From: Bdellovibrionales bacterium
GTDB taxonomy: Bacteria; Bdellovibrionota; UBA1018; CAIMNF01
Direction of reading: 5' to 3'
NCBI GenBank assembly: GCA_040380025.1
Contig: JBEIJY010000043.1
Coordinates: 1-11,111 of the forward strand
Length of the DNA stretch: 11,111 nt
Shown: positions 7,642 through 11,111 of the stretch, piece after piece
Layout: each line of letters begins with the position of its first letter
Numbering within the stretch: position 1 is the first letter of the stretch
Translations under genes and position numbers: made by a program
Notes under the pieces: model-generated
The model's input: the letters and a program-made list of their open reading frames with translations, nothing else
Databases searched by the model: none
What the model was told of the DNA's origin: nothing

Positions 7642-7692
7642 GATGACCTCCCCGAAACACGGGGACCTTCTCACAAGGTTTTTTATTTTGCA

Positions 7693-8175
7693 TCAAAAAG
7701 AAAGCGCTTTTTCGATTTCGGGAGCAATGCTCTCCGGCGCACTCTGCGGAGCAAAGCGCTCGAGAACTTTTCCGTCGCGAGAAACCAGGAACTTGGTGAA
7801 GTTCCACTTGATCGCCTCGGTTCCGAGAAGCCCCGGGGCTTCCTTCTTGAGCCACTGATAGAGCGGATGCGCTCCCGCACCGTTCACTTCGAGTTTCGCG
7901 AACACGGGGAATCCCACAGAATAGTTGGTCACACAAAACGACTGGATCTCTTCGTTCGTGCCGGGCTCCTGCGCCCCGAACTGATTGCACGGAAACGCGA
8001 GAATCTGAAGCCCCTTTGCAGTGTATTTTTCATGCAGGGCCTGAAGGCCCGCATATTGCGGAGTGAACCCGCAGGCGCTGGCCGTGTTCACGATGAGCAG
8101 GACCTTGCCCTCAAAACTTTTAAGAGAAACATCGACGCCCTTGGCATCGTGGAACCGGATCTCAGGCAGACTCAT
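7693..8175 (-). CDS. gpx: Glutathione peroxidase family protein (Cys-type, BtuE/Gpx)
   Basis: VNTASACGFTPQY, LAFPCNQFGAQEPG and IKWNFTKFLV motifs, plus a likely resolving Cys in FCVTNY; AAGGGGA RBS. Confidence 0.95.
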   Translation of the reverse strand: MSLPEIRFHDAKGVDVSLKSFEGKVLLIVNTASACGFTPQYAGLQALHEKYTAKGLQILAFPCNQFGAQEPGTNEEIQSFCVTNYSVGFPVFAKLEVNGAGAHPLYQWLKKEAPGLLGTEAIKWNFTKFLVSRDGKVLERFAPQSAPESIAPEIEKALSF

Positions 8176-8818
8176 GGCATTCCCCTTTCATGGACTTGCG
8201 AACCAGACCGATCAGGATCGGAAGGAACGAGACAAAAATCACGATCACGATGATCTTGTCGAGGCGATCGGCATACGAGGTCTGACCGAGGTAATAGCCG
8301 ATGGCAAGAAGGGAGTTGATCCAGAAGGCTCCGCCCAGGATGTCCCAGCGTAGGAACTTCGGATAATTCATGCGCGCAACCCCGGCGACGAAGGGAACGA
8401 AGGTCCGGAGGATCGGAACGAACCGGCAGGCCAGAATCGCGGCCACCCCGTAGCGGTCATAAAAGCCCTTCGCGCGAATGAGGTGCTTTCGCTTGAACAA
8501 CACGCCATCTTTGCGTTCAAAGATGAGCTCGCCGGTCTTGCGGCCCAGGAAGTACCCCACCTGGTTTCCGACGATGGCCGCGATCGTGAGCGCGACGGCG
8601 AAATCGAATACCGAGACCCCTTCGAGATGGGTCGGATTGTTCGGATTGGTCAGGACCCCCGCGGTGATCAGAAGGGAATCGCCGGGCAGAAAAAACCCGA
8701 CCAGAAGCCCGGTCTCGGCGAACACAATCGCGGTGACGATGTAAAGCCCCCCGCTCGAGAGAATTTGAATCAATGTATCGGATTGATGAAGGCTTTTCAG
8801 CCAGTGCAAGAGTTCCAT
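8162..8818 (-). CDS. dedA: DedA (VTT/SNARE-associated) family membrane protein
   Basis: IVFAETGLLVGFFLPGDSLLITAG, AAIVGNQVGYFLG and RFVPILRTFVPFVAGVARM motifs with multiple TM helices. Confidence 0.93.
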   Translation of the reverse strand: MELLHWLKSLHQSDTLIQILSSGGLYIVTAIVFAETGLLVGFFLPGDSLLITAGVLTNPNNPTHLEGVSVFDFAVALTIAAIVGNQVGYFLGRKTGELIFERKDGVLFKRKHLIRAKGFYDRYGVAAILACRFVPILRTFVPFVAGVARMNYPKFLRWDILGGAFWINSLLAIGYYLGQTSYADRLDKIIVIVIFVSFLPILIGLVRKSMKGECHESA

Positions 8819-8819
8819 G

Positions 8820-9248
8820 TCAGCGGGATTCCTTTTTTCGGGGTTTTTTGAGCGCCGCGGGTTTTTTGTCCGCGGGGGCGATTCGGGTCAAATCCGAGTT
8901 CACCCGGAGCGGAAGAGCGAGCGTCTTCCGTACGCAAAGGGTTTTTGCCTCATCGCAGAGAAAAAAAACAGTTTCGAGGGTGTCGCCCTCTTTCAGGTCG
9001 AACGAAGACGAAGAGAAGCCGAACCGCGACGGGGCCTCGACATGCTTCGTGAATTCGATTTCTTTGCCTTGAATCGCCACTTTGGATCCGGCCTTCGGGT
9101 TGAAGTGATACTTGGCCGGAGGGGTCGCCTCGATGAGCCAGCGGGGCACCTTCGAAGCGGGATCAAGACCGATCGCCACCCGATAATCGGGCACCTCTGC
9201 GGCGCGCACGGGTTGGATCAGCAAAAATAAAAAAAGAAGCGGATTCAT
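8820..9248 (-). CDS. Secreted hypothetical protein with a C-x6-C motif (possible DsbD-alpha-like fold)
   Basis: Signal peptide MNPLLFLFLLIQPVRA-A, beta-rich body, YHFNPKA, FFLCDEAKTLC and a Lys-rich tail. GGAG RBS; fits in-operon between the SpoIID gene and dedA. Confidence 0.65.
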   Translation of the reverse strand: MNPLLFLFLLIQPVRAAEVPDYRVAIGLDPASKVPRWLIEATPPAKYHFNPKAGSKVAIQGKEIEFTKHVEAPSRFGFSSSSFDLKEGDTLETVFFLCDEAKTLCVRKTLALPLRVNSDLTRIAPADKKPAALKKPRKKESR

Positions 9249-9270
9249 GGCTCCGCGAGCTTAATCCGGT

Positions 9271-10659
9271 TCAGCGTGAAATTCGAGCGATTTTCACGCC
9301 CGGGTAATAGTGCAAAAGGATCTGATCGCGCGTGAAGCCGCGCTCGCCCATCTTCTTTGCGCCCCATTGGCACATTCCGACCCCGTGGCCGGACCCCTTG
9401 CCTCGAAACAGCGCAAGACGCCCTTGGGTGTTCAGGTGAAACCAGGTGCTCTTCAGCCGGGCCGGATCGAGCCAGTTCCGCGCCGTATAGGCGTTCATGC
9501 TCACCTTCAGGCGCTTGTCGTTGTTCTCGCGATCCAAAAAATGAAACTCCAGGTCTTCGACCCGCTCCTCGGATCGGCCCCGCTCTTCGGCGGCATTCGC
9601 CTCGGCGATGAGCGACCCGATCGGACTTTTTTGAACGGGACGGTTCTTCTTCCGGGCCCGGACCTCCCAAAGCACCCAGCGGTCCGGATTCGTGAGATAA
9701 GCGGCGGGCCAGAACTTGCGGTTCGCCGGGTCTTTTTCGATGCCGTTCCAGAGCTTTTTTTGAAGCTCCGCGAAGCTCAGGCGGTATTCCCACTCATACG
9801 AGGGCGAACCCGAACAGAAAGGACAAGGCACCCCGCGGGGCATGCCCTTGTAGTCGGCGCCGAAGAGCTCGCGCGCGGCCTGGGTACGGCCGCCACAGCT
9901 TGCATGATAGAACGCTTTGATGGGCTCGATTTTGCCGGTTTTCGGGACCATGACAAGCCCGCGGGTCCGGGCCACGAGCTCGCTCGCCTTGGCATCGACC
10001 CGATCGAGCCCGAGGTAGACTTGGTCTTTTTGCGTGGACTCGACATCGAACACCCGGCCCCGGTCTTTTCGGATCGCGGCCATTTGAAAGAGCGCATACG
10101 TGCGGGCCGCGATGATTTGCGCCTCGACCGCCTGCGAGGCCCAGCTCGAATTGAATTCCGCATTCACGACGCCCTCGAGATAGCGTTCGAGGTGAATGTG
10201 GTTCACGAGCAGGCACTGCGGATTCGAGCGCACGGACTCGTCATAAGGCGAGAGCAGTTCTTTGGGATACACCACGAGTTGTTCGCGGAACCGGCGTTCG
10301 TCGACCGAGAGGACTCCGGAGAGGCTTTCGATCAGGAGCCCGGACCGGGGAATCTGCCGCGAACGACCGGTCGAGGGCTCGAGGATGAGGCTCCGTTTGC
10401 AGTCGATGACCCATTCGTCGGAGCGCACATTGCCGAGATCGGGGCGTTTGGCGAGCGAGAGAGCCAGCCCCTCGCCCCGGATGGTGACCACGCGTCCGAA
10501 CCCGGTGAGCCGGACCCGGACCGTGCTGGGATCCATGCGGAGGGTGCTTGCGAGACGCTCGGGATCAATGGGAACCGCGCGGGCGTCGAGCCCCCACATC
10601 GCCCACCAAATTGCCAGCAATCCTTGCCGAAAGAGAAACTTGCGCATCCTGCTCTCCAT
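9271..10659 (-). CDS. SpoIID/LytB domain protein (peptidoglycan lytic transglycosylase-like), exported
   Basis: VNHIHLERYLEGVVNAE (catalytic Glu), AQIIAARTYA, DQVYLG, FYHASCGG, CPFC, GSGHGVGMCQWGA and ILLHYYPG motifs. Signal peptide ending ARA. ATG at 10647 (after GGAG) is an alternative start. Confidence 0.92.
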   Translation of the reverse strand: MESRMRKFLFRQGLLAIWWAMWGLDARAVPIDPERLASTLRMDPSTVRVRLTGFGRVVTIRGEGLALSLAKRPDLGNVRSDEWVIDCKRSLILEPSTGRSRQIPRSGLLIESLSGVLSVDERRFREQLVVYPKELLSPYDESVRSNPQCLLVNHIHLERYLEGVVNAEFNSSWASQAVEAQIIAARTYALFQMAAIRKDRGRVFDVESTQKDQVYLGLDRVDAKASELVARTRGLVMVPKTGKIEPIKAFYHASCGGRTQAARELFGADYKGMPRGVPCPFCSGSPSYEWEYRLSFAELQKKLWNGIEKDPANRKFWPAAYLTNPDRWVLWEVRARKKNRPVQKSPIGSLIAEANAAEERGRSEERVEDLEFHFLDRENNDKRLKVSMNAYTARNWLDPARLKSTWFHLNTQGRLALFRGKGSGHGVGMCQWGAKKMGERGFTRDQILLHYYPGVKIARISR

Positions 10660-10733
10660 CCTTCATTGTGAACGGGATTCTTTGATTTCCTAGGAGTAAT
10701 GATTTTGACGCGCAGGACGATTTACGGGTGAGA

Positions 10734-10763
10734 TTGACAAGGGGCCGTCGGCATTGGTACGGT
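10734..10763 (+). promoter_or_regulatory. Putative sigma70 promoter for tRNA-Cys
   Basis: Perfect TTGACA (10734-10739), 18 nt, TACGGT (10758-10763) with an extended TG at 10755-10756, ending 20 nt upstream of the tRNA. Confidence 0.6.
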
Positions 10764-10783
10764 TTCGGAACCATTCGTTTTGA

Positions 10784-10859
10784 GGTGACGTACCAGAATG
10801 GCTAATGGCACGGTTTGCAAAACCGTTGTTTGTCGGTTCGATTCCGACCGTCACCTCCA
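10784..10859 (+). tRNA. tRNA-Cys (GCA)
   Basis: Acceptor stem GGTGACG/CGTCACC; anticodon stem ACGGT/ACCGT with loop TT-GCA-AA (GCA at 10817-10819); T-arm GTCGG-TTCGATT-CCGAC; U73 discriminator (a Cys identity element); encoded CCA. Confidence 0.97.
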
Positions 10860-11053
10860 TTCTTCCGCTTCCAAAACTCAAAATCGAAACAAAACCAAGA
10901 AACCAATAATAACAATAACTTGCCCGAGCCAGGCAAGGCGACTCGGCGTTTCAAACTCACTTGAAATCATTGGAGATAACAGCAGTTGCGGATGTACTTA
11001 CCCCCTCCTAGACCGGACAGTTTGATCTGCTCCTAAGTGATAGGAGTACGACT

Positions 11054-11111
11054 ATGAATACTACTAGTAGCAATCCGACCAAGGCCCAGGTGGTGACCTC
11101 GGTTGCGCGTA
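11054..11111 (+). CDS. Start of an unidentified ORF (partial; MNTTSSNPTKAQVVTSVAR...)
   Basis: AGGAG at 11042-11046 lies 7 nt before ATG at 11054, and the frame is open to the window end. Only 19 codons are visible. Confidence 0.5.
   Translation, partial: MNTTSSNPTKAQVVTSVAR

Noticed and set aside
7693..8175. Possible selenocysteine glutathione peroxidase
   Set aside because: The active-site codon is Cys (TGC) and there is no in-frame TGA.
8825..8880. Repeated T-runs with GC blocks resembling terminators or repeats
   Set aside because: They encode the Lys/Pro-rich tail (KKPAALKKPRKK) of the minus-strand protein.
9310..10671. 453-aa plus-strand ORF
   Set aside because: It is the antisense shadow of the SpoIID/LytB gene.
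10688..10710. Palindrome TCCTAGGA and a Fur-box-like AATGATT
   Set aside because: Too short or only a half-site, so it cannot be distinguished from chance.
10806..10819. TGGCAC...TTGCA resembling a sigma54 promoter
   Set aside because: The GG-to-GC spacing is shorter than the required 10 nt, and the sequence is explained by tRNA structure.
10924..10951. Hairpin CCGAG...CTCGG as a tRNA terminator or riboswitch
   Set aside because: It has only a 5-bp outer stem with a bulged interior and a short T run, and matches no riboswitch consensus I recognise.
10690..11025. ORFs 10690-10881 (-) and 10798-11025 (+)
   Set aside because: Both run through the tRNA-Cys gene and are typical spurious tRNA-overlapping ORFs.
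1..11111. CRISPR array, IS element, rRNA or defence genes
   Set aside because: I saw no regularly spaced repeats, transposase or integrase motifs, terminal inverted repeats or rRNA-like sequence in the window.

Overview
An 11.1 kb, roughly 60% GC bacterial chromosomal region, mostly cell-envelope housekeeping genes. The gene content suggests a Bdellovibrionota/Oligoflexia-like organism, but this is inference only. Left to right: a partial lptE (- strand, absent from the ORF track) divergent from a DUF721/DciA gene; a translationally coupled - strand operon (Cache/GAF-like membrane sensor with no output domain, alr, a lone mlaF-type ABC ATPase, a small GYF_2-like membrane protein); nadB on the + strand; and a second - strand cluster (SpoIID/LytB protein, small secreted C-x6-C protein, DedA, glutathione peroxidase, secreted NodB-type polysaccharide deacetylase). 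A tRNA-Cys(GCA) with a sigma70-type promoter follows. After the tRNA, GC drops to about 46%, with short A-rich repeats, a possible 30-aa hydrophobic antisense ORF and a new ORF whose RBS lies in a hairpin. This may be the edge of a tRNA-integrated element. No new system can be proven from the sequence alone. The best leads are the output-less sensor coupled to alr/mlaF, the wall-editing/redox cluster and the post-tRNA segment.
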